DNA of 64,000 nt from contig CBDBCZ010000019.1 in NCBI GenBank assembly GCA_965203295.1, positions 1,920,001 to 1,984,000 of the forward strand, read 5' to 3'. Shown here piece by piece: positions 29,630 to 40,133 of this stretch (its first letter is position 1; each line of letters begins with the position of its first letter). The stretch comes from Nitrospirales bacterium. Its GTDB lineage: Bacteria; Nitrospirota; Nitrospiria; Nitrospirales; UBA8639. Under the pieces are notes generated by a model. That model saw only the letters and a list, made by a program, of their open reading frames with translations. It searched no databases and was not told the origin of the DNA. The translations under genes were made by a program, and so were the position numbers.

Positions 29630-30554
29630 GTGAAGATTTCTGCCGGTTTCAAGCCGTGTATCCAATGCATGCGTCTCGCTCCGACTCAGTATCGTCCAGA
29701 CTCTGAAGGGACCTACATCGTCAGGTTATCTCCCAACAACCGGACACGTCTCAAGGTCCGCAACAAGAGTTACCTCAAAGTCAGTTACGGCGAAACTTCG
29801 ACGTTGGCCTGCCTCATCGTCGACAAGTCTCTAAACGATGATGACATCATTCGCATGGATCAAACCGTTCGCACAGCTATTGGCTTGGATAATGATGATG
29901 CAAGGCTCAGACGCCAAAAAATCTTATTTCCAGGACAGAATATTACCACAGCCAATCATCATTGAGCCGTCGAACTTTCCCGGACCGGGTTTATTGGGCA
30001 GGTTGCTCAAGCAGCAATATCTCATCTGCATCATCCATCATGCCCTACCTACGGATATGGAGCCACCAATTGCTCGCTTAAAAAGGTCATCGATGGAAGC
30101 CATCGGCATTGAGCCTGGCGACAAAGTATGGTTGATCACCGATTTGGGCCGTCAAAAAATTCGGTGTCTTCCACTGGATGAAACGACAGAACTCCCCCTC
30201 GACACCATGTGGACAAACTTTACGCCTCCCTACTCAAAAGAAGAACACAAAACACTCGCTCTTCCCTGGATCACCATGGACCTTCAAACACGCCTCCGTC
30301 TCAATCAAAGTGGCGTGAAGAGCAATAATCTCAAACCATGGGATGCGGTCCTTGTTGGCCGATATCTCCCTCACGCACTTGCTTCAGAATTGAGCACCGT
30401 CTCAATGGGCCTTGCCCTCAGCGCTCTAGGAGGTGCTGTCGTGATCCCTGACAGCATCACAGAAAGTTTACCCTGGCTGCCTCTTTCCATCATCGTCACA
30501 AGCTTTATCATAGTTCTCTTTCTTATCGGGCTCAAAATTCGGAGTAGGATTTAG
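29630..30554 (+). pseudogene. Tandem CDC48/VAT-N-like double-psi beta-barrel protein with two C-terminal TM helices; one frameshift
   Basis: IVRLSP...IIRMDQTVRTAIGL and IARLKRSSMEAIGIEPGDKVWL...ITMDLQTR. Frame change near 29885-29940; hydrophobic C-terminal hairpin. Confidence 0.55.
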
Positions 30555-30560
30555 CAGGAT

Positions 30561-31445
30561 ATGGAACTGAACAACGGAAAGCTTCGCTTGCAAATCGTTC
30601 CTGAAATCGGCGGGTCAATTGTTGATTTTTCCGCAAACCCTTAAGGGCAGTGACTTCCGATTATGCGTCGAGGGGAGAATCCGCTCTCTAAGTCGTCCAA
30701 TGCGTCTAACTTTGTATTGATTCCCTATTCGAATCGCCTGCGCAATGGCAGATTTTCATTCGCTGGGAAGAGTTATCAGCTTTGTGACGCAGACAAGCAC
30801 GCCATTCACGGCGACATCCGCGATCGAGCCCTCGGAGTTTTGGAACACACCGAAGACCGTGTGGTCATGGAGTTTAATTCGGCTGAGGTCTCTGACCTCA
30901 ATTTCCCGTTTCCGTTTTCGACCAGGGTGACATATATACTTGAGGGCTTTGGCCTTTCAAATAGGATAGAGTTAACGAATACAGGGAGTGAGGCTATGCC
31001 GGCTGGCGGTGGCTTTCATCCCTATTTTAATCGTCGCTTGCCGGGCTCAACGGGTGAGGTGGAGTTACAGCTTAGAGTGGGTGGCATCTATCCAGGGGAC
31101 ACTCCTCTGCCCACGGGTCCGGCGGTTCCAATTGTGCACCAACAGGATTTTAGTACGCAACGTCCCCTGGACGTAGTACTTGACCACTGTTTCGCCGGCT
31201 GGGATCGTCAGGCTGTCATTGAATGGCCGGGCAGTGGGGTCAAAGCCCTTCTCCAAGCAGACCCGGGAACGGAGCATGTCATCGTGTATTCACCTGAAGG
31301 AGAAAACTTCTTTGCCGTCGAGCCGGTGACCAACGCGAACGATGGCTTCAACCTTCTCGTCCAGGGAAATAAGAACTGCGGAGTCGTTGTTCTGCAACCT
31401 GGTGAAGTCCTAAAAACAGGCTTTCGGATTTCTATCGAAGGCTAG
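30561..31445 (+). pseudogene. Aldose 1-epimerase family protein with two in-frame stops near the 5' end
   Basis: ATG at 30561 reads MELNNGKLRLQIVPEIGGSIVDFSANP*GQ*LPIMR, in frame with PYSNR, HAIHG, GFHPYF and AVEPVT. Confidence 0.85.
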
Positions 31446-31485
31446 GGCTGCCTGAGCACAAAGATCATCCCACACAGAAAAGTTA

Positions 31486-31792
31486 TAAAAACTTGGTTCT
31501 GTTCTTTCAGACAGTGTCGGGCAAGGGAGTCTCAAGTTTAAGATTTCGAGTTTAAAGTTTAAAAATCAGAGTTTCTTGTTCACAGTTCCGCTTCGCCGGG
31601 CCGAAAACCCGCTCAAGTAAAGAACCCCCCAGCAAGCTGGGGGGTATTCAAGAGCTGCTTTTTATAAAACCATGTAACAAACATCCTGGATACCTGCTAA
31701 CCACTGCGGGCATAACAACTCACCTCCTCTGCGTGCAGCAGGAATTCCCAACGTCATCTGGCAGTATCCGTCAACTGAAATTCAAGTTTTTA
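31486..31792 (+). repeat. Mosaic intergenic repeat, copy B (internally deleted), with perfect 10-bp TIRs
   Basis: TAAAAACTTG at 31486-31495 and CAAGTTTTTA at 31783-31792; homology to copies A, C and D. Confidence 0.85.
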
Positions 31793-31837
31793 CATATAAA
31801 ACAAGTTCACTCCTTAATTCGTAACACCCTCTAGGCA

Positions 31838-32437
31838 TTAGTCATCATCGTCTTTGTCTTTTCCATATCCATGCCTCTCCATCATCCCATGCCCTATCAT
31901 ACCGCCCATTCCATGCATCCGGCGCCCCATGCCACTTTCCATTTGTGCTTTTAATCGGGATCGGAACTGATCATACTGCTCGGGTGTTAGAATGTCCTTA
32001 AGTTTCAACAATGTATCTACCCGATACATCATCAAGTTTTTTTGGACGGTACTGATCTCATCAACCTTGAAAGAAATGGCACCTCTCTCCGGACTTTGTT
32101 GGTCGAGCAGGGAACCCAAGTCGATCATGGCCACGCGAAGGTTGGCCCCATTTTTGATAAGCGATTTCCTATAATCAGTCTCTATCGGTTGGAGAGCCTT
32201 CACTTGATCGTCATTCAACCCAAGCTCTTCCTTCATTCCCAAAGGGGATAAAGACATATGGGATCGCCTCATCCCAGGACCCTTCCCGGGATGCTTGCCC
32301 ACCATGCCCGAATGGTGCCGCTTCGCATAGCCCGACTCGCGATCCTCATCGGCAATGGCCACACTCACAAGCGAAATACTCCCAACGAATAGCCCAATCA
32401 AACCAACAACCTGCCAAACATAGGTTTTCTTCATCAC
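31838..32437 (-). CDS. Spy/CpxP-family periplasmic protein
   Basis: Signal peptide, LGLNDDQ and ILTPEQ (LTxxQ) motifs, Met/Gly/His-rich tails. Confidence 0.85.
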   Translation of the reverse strand: MMKKTYVWQVVGLIGLFVGSISLVSVAIADEDRESGYAKRHHSGMVGKHPGKGPGMRRSHMSLSPLGMKEELGLNDDQVKALQPIETDYRKSLIKNGANLRVAMIDLGSLLDQQSPERGAISFKVDEISTVQKNLMMYRVDTLLKLKDILTPEQYDQFRSRLKAQMESGMGRRMHGMGGMIGHGMMERHGYGKDKDDDD

Positions 32438-32557
32438 GTTAAGTCCTCCTGAGTTGAATATCTCTTCTTTTCCTGCGAATATTTGGAATCAGGACAATTT
32501 CGATACTTCTGGTTTCAATCCTGATGACGTTTCATTATACCAGGTTTTGAGAACATC

Positions 32558-33019
32558 ATGATCAGGAGGACCTTTGGCATGAATGATCCAACCGATGGAT
32601 ATCCAGCGTGGGAAGCCGCCCGACGCTTCTTATTGGATAACGAACCTTCTTTTTGTCAAGACGAGCCAAGCGATCCCCTGACTCTTCAGTTGGAAGATGA
32701 AGACTGGACGTTAGAAATTACGCCCCAAGGCGCCCTCATCTGTCAGGCCGGCTACGCCCTTGATGATATGAAGAGCATGCTCTCTGATGGGACAGCGGAG
32801 GACCTCGGCAGCGACGAACTCGCTAAGCAAGCGAAATTCTATTTACAGCAAACCATCGCGAAACACCGAAACCGGCTCAAACAAGAAGGGTTTAGCGAAC
32901 GGATTGAAATGAATGATGAATACGTCGCGGCCTTTTTTGAAAAGCCGGTTGATCTTCTAAACTTACCAGACCTGGCCGCAACGATTCATCGATACCGTCT
33001 GCAATTTTCCTCTTCCTGA
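32558..33019 (+). CDS. Hypothetical protein
   Basis: 153-aa open frame with AGGAGG before the second Met. Confidence 0.65.
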   Translation: MIRRTFGMNDPTDGYPAWEAARRFLLDNEPSFCQDEPSDPLTLQLEDEDWTLEITPQGALICQAGYALDDMKSMLSDGTAEDLGSDELAKQAKFYLQQTIAKHRNRLKQEGFSERIEMNDEYVAAFFEKPVDLLNLPDLAATIHRYRLQFSSS

Positions 33020-33050
33020 CCACGCCCTAATCTTCCACACCACCCGCTTG

Positions 33051-33557
33051 TCACCAAAAAACATCAGGAGATGACTTCTGAGACCTTCCATGACGCAGAT
33101 GGAATGCTTCCACCACAGGACCTACGAGAGTCGCGAAGTCTTGATATCGCATCTTGATGGCTTCGTGATGCGTTCCTGCGTGAAAAACGATCTCTTCGTC
33201 TTCTGTCAGGGAGCAGTCAACATACACCTCCAACCCATAGAGATTACCAAAGGGAGGGATAGCGCCTACTTCGCAGTCCGGAAATAATCGATTAAACTCT
33301 TCCTCCGTAGCCAATCGGACATGACTCGTTTGAAAGACATCTTTGAGTTGATTGAGGCCTACCTTCCAATTTGATGGCAAGACCGTCATAACAACTTTCT
33401 CCCCTACCATCACCATAATGACTTTCGCCACTTGCTTCCCCGGCACATGGAGAGATTGAGCAGTTTTCAAAGCCGTAATGGCTTCCGGATGCGTGAGAAC
33501 ATCATAGTGAACGTCTTCTTCATCAAGATAATTTTTTAGTTTTTGTGAGATTGACAT
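33051..33557 (-). CDS. YbaK/EbsC aminoacyl-tRNA deacylase family protein
   Basis: VAK, RLATEEE, PDCEVGAIPPFG and FHAGTH motifs. Confidence 0.9.
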   Translation of the reverse strand: MSISQKLKNYLDEEDVHYDVLTHPEAITALKTAQSLHVPGKQVAKVIMVMVGEKVVMTVLPSNWKVGLNQLKDVFQTSHVRLATEEEFNRLFPDCEVGAIPPFGNLYGLEVYVDCSLTEDEEIVFHAGTHHEAIKMRYQDFATLVGPVVEAFHLRHGRSQKSSPDVFW

Positions 33558-33647
33558 GGCTGCCTCCTCTGGTAAAGGTTTGCTCTTTTATTCGTCTAGG
33601 CATTTCAGCAAAAAGGAGAACCCTCTTCCCTCTCTGAATATTTATTG

Positions 33648-33663
33648 AGCAAAAAATATGCCC
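33648..33663 (-). promoter_or_regulatory. Candidate sigma-54 promoter for the YbaK-like gene
   Basis: GGGCATATTTTTTGCT on the minus strand, GG-N10-GC, about 90 bp upstream of the ATG. Confidence 0.45.
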
Positions 33664-33848
33664 AGAAGAATATCAACGCCCACAAGAAAAGAGTAGTATA
33701 TACAAAGAGTTTCATTCTTAATGAGGCTGAAACTCTTCAATGACTTGTTGAATTTTGGGACCAGAACAATTGAAACTTGGGGAACTTTTGAACTATTCCA
33801 CTCTTATCCACCAAAAAGATAAACCTTATTGGCCAGAAGCTTACCCCT

Positions 33849-34479
33849 ATGCGAACTCCACCCCGAGGTATAACCTATAGCATCCTTGATAGGCTGAACC
33901 GCCTCGGCTTGCCGTGCCCTATATCAGGTCCATCCACCCAGCGGCCACCTCTGCCTGAGAACGGGCCGGTGCTGTTAGCATCTGATCACTCGTCATACAG
34001 TGATCCAATGGTGCTGGCGGCCACCGCTGGGCGCCCGATTATTTTCCTCACCGCCCGAGAGGTCTACCAACGTCCATTCCTACTGTGGTTTTGCAAGACG
34101 GTGCAGTACATACCGGTGAGCAGGGGCACTCAGGATGTGGGGGCCGTTCGGGCTATGCTCCGTGCCTTGAGGCAAGGCGAAGTCATCGCCCTCTTTCCAG
34201 AGGGGGGGTATCGATGAATACCGTGAAGAGAAAGGATATTTCGGCATGGGATATTTGGCACTGAAGACCGGTGTACCGGTTGTACCGGCGTCGGTGACAT
34301 GGGACAAAGCCCGGCCTCTCACCCTTGGTCGGAGTCTTCTCACTCCGGGGAAGGCCTTCATTCGATATGGTGCACCAATAATCCTCGAATCTACCGCACA
34401 GCCTAATCGTGAAAACATTGGGCTTGCGACCGCCAGAATCATGTAGGCCATACGTGACCTCAGAGATTCGAAGGCTTGA
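33849..34479 (+). pseudogene. Lysophospholipid acyltransferase (PlsC-like), disrupted
   Basis: HSSYSD (HX4D) and FPEG motifs. Frameshift in a G-run at ~34202; in-frame TAG at 34444-34446. Confidence 0.85.
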
Positions 34480-34562
34480 TCGCTGGGCTCAACAACTGAA
34501 GCCCCACATCCATAAACGCAGAGCGATGAACATCTACCCACTAGAGCATCAACCCCGTCGAA

Positions 34563-36830
34563 TTAAGATGGAGGAATGATTTCTTGTGGTTGCGGTTTGG
34601 TCATGCCGTAAGTTCTTACCAGAACAGCAACTTCGTGAGGATCCGTTGTGGGCGGGGCACAGGTGACTCCGGCGCAGATATACGCGCGAGGCTCTCCTTT
34701 CACACCAAATACTCTCACCGCTCCAGCGACGGCGGGTGGAAGATTGTTGAGGTTGACTGTAGTCGGATCATACACCGCGACGATTTTCCCAGGCCGATAG
34801 GCAGTCAAGGCCGCCATCCAAAGGTCTTGTGTTCGCTGATCCCTTTTCTTTCCAATGACCACGGCTTGGGCTGGCCGATTGAGATGATATTGCACGGCCA
34901 AGGCGTACGCAGCCATAAACCTCCCATAGCGTGGCGCTGAACCGGCAAAGGCTTCCAAAGTTTCTCGAGCCTTCTGTGCGTAGACTTCATGATTAGTCAG
35001 GGAGGTCAACCGATCCAGCACGGCAGCCGCTACTCCATTGGGTGAGGCAGTAGGGTTGTCATCAACATCTTTGAACGGTCTCTGCAATGCTCCTAAAGTC
35101 TGTTTTTCAGGAACGCGATCAAAAAATCCACCAGCTTGGGAGTCCCACAGCGCAGTGATCGCATAATCCATGAGATCTTTGGCGACATGAAGATACCGCG
35201 CTTCTCCAGTGACTTCAAATGCATCCAGAGCAGCGTTGGCTATCTGCACTTGATCGTTGAGCAATCCCGATACCCGCGCACGTCCTTCGAAGTAGGCGTG
35301 GTACATGCCCTGTCCTTCCCGATAAGCCTTTTCGAGTAAGAGGTCGAGGGTCTTAAGCGCGAAGGCTTTTGCCTCTTCATCTTCGAGAACTCGATACACT
35401 TCCAGATAGGCTGAAATGATCATCCCGTTACGGTCAGCATAGATTGTCTGATCAACCAGTGGAGCCTTTCGGGTCAGCCGGGCACGGTAGAGATTCTGTG
35501 TTCCTTGGTGGACGAACGCTGTGACTTTATCAACCGGCATCTTCAACTCTTGGGCAATGGCCCTTGGCGTGGTGGCGATCAACAGAACATTTTTCATACG
35601 GTTTTTGTGCATCTCACCAAGTGATTGGATATCATAGTAGCGAAGGATAACTTCAGCCTCATCTTGTGGAAGAGCCTGCCGAACTTCTTGGATCGTCCAC
35701 GTGTAGTAATCGCCATCATCTTCACGTGTCATGTCCGCATCTTGATGAGCATAGAACCCACCCGTCTCTTGATTTGACAGCACTCTATTCACATACCTCA
35801 TGATTCCCTTGGCCACATTCCGATAGAGGGTCTTTTCAGTGGCCTGGTAAGCACGAAGATAATTCATCAAGAGTTCAGCATTGTCGTAGTTCATTTTCTC
35901 GAAATGAGGGACGGTCCACTGCCGATCGGTCGCATACCGGAAAAATCCTCCCCCCAGGTGATCGTACACCCCACCATGGGCCATGGCATCTAAGGTTTTC
36001 GTGACAACCTCCAGCATCTTCGGGTCCTGATGAACAAAATATCTGGCCAGCGCCAGCTCAATGGCACTCCCTGCTGGAAATTTCGTACTGGTGCCAAAGC
36101 CCCCATTCACGGGATCAAACTCCTTGACCATACTGGTCGCCGCAATCTGTGCAAGTTCCTCAGAGATACGGCCCTTCTGAATGGAATTCGGCCCAAACTG
36201 GAATAGCATACTTGCAAGTTGCGCGGCACTGGCCTCAACTTGTGACCTCCCGACGGTGTAGACCCGAGCCAACTCTGGCAAGAGCGACTTTAATCCCACT
36301 CGCTCTCCGCGTGTGGCTGGCGGAAAATACGTACCGCCATAAAAGACGTGGCCTTCCGATGTGAGAAACGCTGTGAGCGGCCAGCCGCCTTGGCCCGTCA
36401 ACGCCTGGACCGCCTCCTGGTATCGACGGTCAATATCAGGCCTTTCATCCATATCAACCTTGATGGCCACAAAATGTTGGTTAATGAGGCTGGCAATCTC
36501 CGGGTTCTCATACGATTCTGCATCCATGACATGACACCAGTGGCACCAAACCGCGCCAATATCTAAAAGGATGGGCCTGTCTTCTTGTTGAGCTCGTTGA
36601 AAGGCCTCTGGACCCCAAGGAAGCCAGTGTACGGGTTGGTGCGCGGCTTCCCGTAAGTAGGGGCTGGCTTCCCCCGCCAACTGATTCCCTATTGGTTCAG
36701 CAATCGTTGGTACCGATGTCGGCAGCCCCTGTTCGGCGGCAACAGTCCCTACAGGAGAAGGCCAAAGGCCCACACACATAGCGATCCACACCCCTGCCAA
36801 CAGACTACTTCGAAGAATCCCGATCGTCAT
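34563..36830 (-). CDS. Thioredoxin-domain protein, YyaL/SSP411 (DUF255) family, exported
   Basis: NQLAGEASPYL, WCHWCHVM, GGWPLT and PHFEKM motifs. Confidence 0.93.
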   Translation of the reverse strand: MTIGILRSSLLAGVWIAMCVGLWPSPVGTVAAEQGLPTSVPTIAEPIGNQLAGEASPYLREAAHQPVHWLPWGPEAFQRAQQEDRPILLDIGAVWCHWCHVMDAESYENPEIASLINQHFVAIKVDMDERPDIDRRYQEAVQALTGQGGWPLTAFLTSEGHVFYGGTYFPPATRGERVGLKSLLPELARVYTVGRSQVEASAAQLASMLFQFGPNSIQKGRISEELAQIAATSMVKEFDPVNGGFGTSTKFPAGSAIELALARYFVHQDPKMLEVVTKTLDAMAHGGVYDHLGGGFFRYATDRQWTVPHFEKMNYDNAELLMNYLRAYQATEKTLYRNVAKGIMRYVNRVLSNQETGGFYAHQDADMTREDDGDYYTWTIQEVRQALPQDEAEVILRYYDIQSLGEMHKNRMKNVLLIATTPRAIAQELKMPVDKVTAFVHQGTQNLYRARLTRKAPLVDQTIYADRNGMIISAYLEVYRVLEDEEAKAFALKTLDLLLEKAYREGQGMYHAYFEGRARVSGLLNDQVQIANAALDAFEVTGEARYLHVAKDLMDYAITALWDSQAGGFFDRVPEKQTLGALQRPFKDVDDNPTASPNGVAAAVLDRLTSLTNHEVYAQKARETLEAFAGSAPRYGRFMAAYALAVQYHLNRPAQAVVIGKKRDQRTQDLWMAALTAYRPGKIVAVYDPTTVNLNNLPPAVAGAVRVFGVKGEPRAYICAGVTCAPPTTDPHEVAVLVRTYGMTKPQPQEIIPPS

Positions 36831-36893
36831 TCATCACCTCAGGCTATGCCATGGCACTCAATACATGCTGAATTCCCATGATACCCATCTCGA

Positions 36894-37415
36894 CTATTGC
36901 AGGAGCGATTCAGCATCACGTGTGAATACCTCTTCTGTCTGTGGGCCAAAGTATCGTTTCCGGATGAGTCCCATTCGGTCAATCAACAAGCTTGTTGGAA
37001 AGCCCATAACACGGAAACGTTGTTTCACCAAGGCAAGGTTACCCTGCCAAACCGTATAGTCCATTCCAACCTCAGCCATGAATGCTCGAATATCGTCGGG
37101 ATACCCCGAATCCAGGGCAATGCCCACCACTTCCAGGCCTTTGGGTTTCAACTGATGCGACAGACGGACAAGGTGGGGGATCTCCTGAAGACAGGGCCCA
37201 CACCATGTTCCCCAGAAATTGATGAGCACCACCGTTCCCCTCAAATCTGACACCGTCACAGAGGTTCCGTTCAACTGTTGAAATGGGACTTCCGAGACTG
37301 ACTGGAGGGGGGGCAAGGCCGTGGCATGGGTGATGGGGAGGAGACTCGCCATCACCACGAATACGCCTATGGCTATTGCTGGAATATGAGGTAACAAGGG
37401 ACAACCTCCTGACAC
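36894..37415 (-). CDS. TlpA-family disulfide reductase
   Basis: INFWGTWCGPC and GFPTSLLID. Confidence 0.88.
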   Translation of the reverse strand: MSGGCPLLPHIPAIAIGVFVVMASLLPITHATALPPLQSVSEVPFQQLNGTSVTVSDLRGTVVLINFWGTWCGPCLQEIPHLVRLSHQLKPKGLEVVGIALDSGYPDDIRAFMAEVGMDYTVWQGNLALVKQRFRVMGFPTSLLIDRMGLIRKRYFGPQTEEVFTRDAESLLQ

Positions 37416-37499
37416 TCAAATAATAAGGTATTTGTACGCTTGCCCTATTAGGAGATCAAGCCCCACGAGCCAGCCTGCGGTAAAACAAATAACCCTCTG

Positions 37500-38031
37500 A
37501 ATGTGGAAGTTCAGGCAGAGGCGGATGGTTTCTGTTTTGTCATGCCCGCAATGGTTAGCGGGCATCCAGGACGTTTAGTTAAATCGTTTTTATTTGAGCG
37601 GGGTTTCGGCCCCGCACGCCGAGGTCCTTTTGTTTCGGCAAAAGGACCCCAAACCATTCCCGCCCGCGCCTGGCCCTACGGGTCTCCTTCGTCCCAGCAC
37701 CGAATCACATGGCTGCAGAACTCGCTCCGCTCAGACAGTCTTCGCCGAGTTGTCAGATTCGGCGCTGGGATTCAGCCACGCGCAAGGCGGAATGCGCAGA
37801 CTCAAAAAAGGACACAAATGTTTTAAAACCGCGTACAATTTTCACCGTCATGCCTGCAGGCTTTAGTTGGCATCCAAGTTGTTTGTTAACAAGTCTTTAT
37901 TTGAGAGGGCTTTCGGCCCGGCGAAGCAGAACTGTGAACAAGAAACTCTGATCTTTAAACTTTAAACTCGAAATCTTAAACTTGAAACTCTCTTGCCCGA
38001 CATTGTCTGAAAGATCAAATCCAAGTCTATA
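37500..38031 (-). repeat. Mosaic intergenic repeat, copy C (inverted, one end truncated)
   Basis: Near-identical inverted core to copy A; 37900-38031 matches the left part of copy B; heptamer array TTTAAAC at 37954-37988. Confidence 0.85.
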
Positions 38032-38061
38032 CACTTTAAACTTGCTGAGAATTCCAGCTCT

Positions 38062-38433
38062 CTACTCATCGTTGGGAAGTTCTTCAATGGCATCCATTTT
38101 TTCTTGATAAAAGGCAAGATGATTCTTGATTTCGGCAACAGACTCAAGGGGAGCCTCATAGGTCCAGACAACATTCTCCGCGGTTTTGTTATTCGCGCTT
38201 AACGTAAAGTAAGAAGCATCACCTTTAAACGGGCAATGAGTGGAGTGAGTAGTCGGTTGAAGATAGGACATGGTGACGTCGTCACGTGGGATGTAGGGTA
38301 CTGGAGGCAAGGGACCCTCGCGGAGCACCAGTGCTTGCTTGGTATCGGCAATAACCGTCCCATTAAATGTCACCTTCACACGATTCGGATTCTTTTCAAT
38401 TGCTATCGCATGCGCACCACTTGGGGATTTCAT
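38062..38433 (-). CDS. DUF427 domain protein
   Basis: YIPRDDV, THCPFKGDASY, WTYEAP and LAFY motifs. Confidence 0.9.
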   Translation of the reverse strand: MKSPSGAHAIAIEKNPNRVKVTFNGTVIADTKQALVLREGPLPPVPYIPRDDVTMSYLQPTTHSTHCPFKGDASYFTLSANNKTAENVVWTYEAPLESVAEIKNHLAFYQEKMDAIEELPNDE

Positions 38434-38716
38434 AACATTCGCTCTTTTCCTGACTCAAAGCTGGAGGTTGATAATATTTCTGTTATCAAGATGGTCACTC
38501 ACAATGAGAACTGATTTGCTGTCTATTCTTTTCTGATCAATAATCCTGCAAGAAGGTTTCAGCCCTAATAAGAGGCAAGCATTGTCATACCATATAAGGT
38601 CTGATTTATCTTCTCAACATATAATCCAATAAACGCCGTGGATTGACCAATACCCACAAAAGGCGACACAATAAACTATAGGAGCACAATCCTTTACCCT
38701 TTCAAGGAACCACGTC

Positions 38717-39157
38717 ATGGGATCTGTGATATTTCACCTTGCCTTTCCAGTGAATGATTTGGAAGAGGCCAAAAGATTTTATGTCGAGGGTTTAGGCTGC
38801 ACGCTTGGACGTGAATCCAAGGTTGCTCTCACCCTCAACTTGGCTGGCCATCAGATCATCGCACAACTCACCAAAGACCCTCTTCAAAAACAGAAGAGCA
38901 TCTATCCACGTCATTTCGGTCTCGTGTTTACGTCGGAAGACGATTGGAAAAAGTTGGTGGAACGCGCCAAAATGAAGAACTTACACTTTTACCAGGAACC
39001 GCGAACCCGTTTTTCTGGTTCCAGGCTTGAACACCAAACTTTCTTTCTGGAAGATCCTTCCCACAATCTTTTGGAGTTCAAGCATTATACCTATGAGTCA
39101 GCAATCTTTGGGGAACGCGAGTTTTCTGAGGTGGGAGATCAACGCGAACCGCGATAG
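38717..39157 (+). CDS. VOC/glyoxalase family protein
   Basis: FHLAFPV, PRHFG and FFLEDPSHNLLEFK. Confidence 0.9.
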   Translation: MGSVIFHLAFPVNDLEEAKRFYVEGLGCTLGRESKVALTLNLAGHQIIAQLTKDPLQKQKSIYPRHFGLVFTSEDDWKKLVERAKMKNLHFYQEPRTRFSGSRLEHQTFFLEDPSHNLLEFKHYTYESAIFGEREFSEVGDQREPR

Positions 39158-39464
39158 TTCTGTACCATGACCAAACTGAACCATCATCGCTCCTTGTTGA
39201 TGGCTCACAGGATTCTGGCCTTCAAGTCGACATACTTTAACACTACATTGGTGACATCACGGAGTTTTTTCATTTCCGGAGACGTGTCATTAATGATCCA
39301 CAATTTATCAAAGATTGATCACTTTGGACTTGACCGATCCCCAAAACCACTTCTGTAAGCACGGGATAGTCAATGTCTGAAGAGGTCTCTATATTATGAA
39401 GTGCCTTCTCTAGATAGTTAAGAAGAGGTGTGATGGCCGCTGAGTCTCCAGTTTGTGTACCCAC

Positions 39465-39968
39465 ATGTCCCAGCCCTTTGGCCGCGAGGTGTCCCAGCAT
39501 CGGCATATAGCCCCGCTCCCCCTTCTACGTCCATTGGGCTTCCCGCTTCTCTGCCACAATCTGCGTCGCATCGGCACTGGGAGCACGGGTAATCGCAGCA
39601 CCCCCCGTAACCCCGCGTCCTCGCGAATCTGGCGCAGGTCTTCGCGGGTCCGTCCCCTACCATGCAACATCAGCAGCAGGGGCTCGACAAATTAGGAGGG
39701 GTGATACCCGACTGGGCTCCCTGGCCCGGGCAAGGACGCATCGAGTTGCCGGGGCACATTCATCGCATGAAGAAACTCCCCGAACAGCGCTAGGCCCCAA
39801 TGGACCGTGAGTTGCTCCGCGGTGCGATCTAACTTGAACGGTAAAACGGGTTATATCATCATTCGTATCACCTCGTTGGTGAGGAGTGGCTAAGTGGGTA
39901 GGCACCCGTATCTTAGCAAATCAACGAGGGTTTTTTATGCCAGAAATAAATCCATCTCGGATTTAGGG
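39465..39968 (-). mobile_element. IS1380-family transposase remnant with internal deletion
   Basis: Minus strand reads PVLPFKLDRTAEQLTVHWGLALFGEF...FVEPLLLMLHGRGRTREDLRQIREDAGLR, then jumps to KREAQWT*KGERGYMPMLGHLA. Putative left IR CCCTAAATCCGAGA at 39955-39968. Confidence 0.75.
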
Positions 39969-40133
39969 TACTAGCCTACCTTTGACAGTTTTAACAATTA
40001 GGTTCAGACTTTTGATGTCGCTGTTTCTGTGTGACCATTCGTCTTTCCTAACTTCTGTCACTCCAGAACATATCTAGAAAGGCAGAACTCAAGCGACTAC
40101 AGTTTCAAAAAGCAAACAAGAACATGAACGCTG

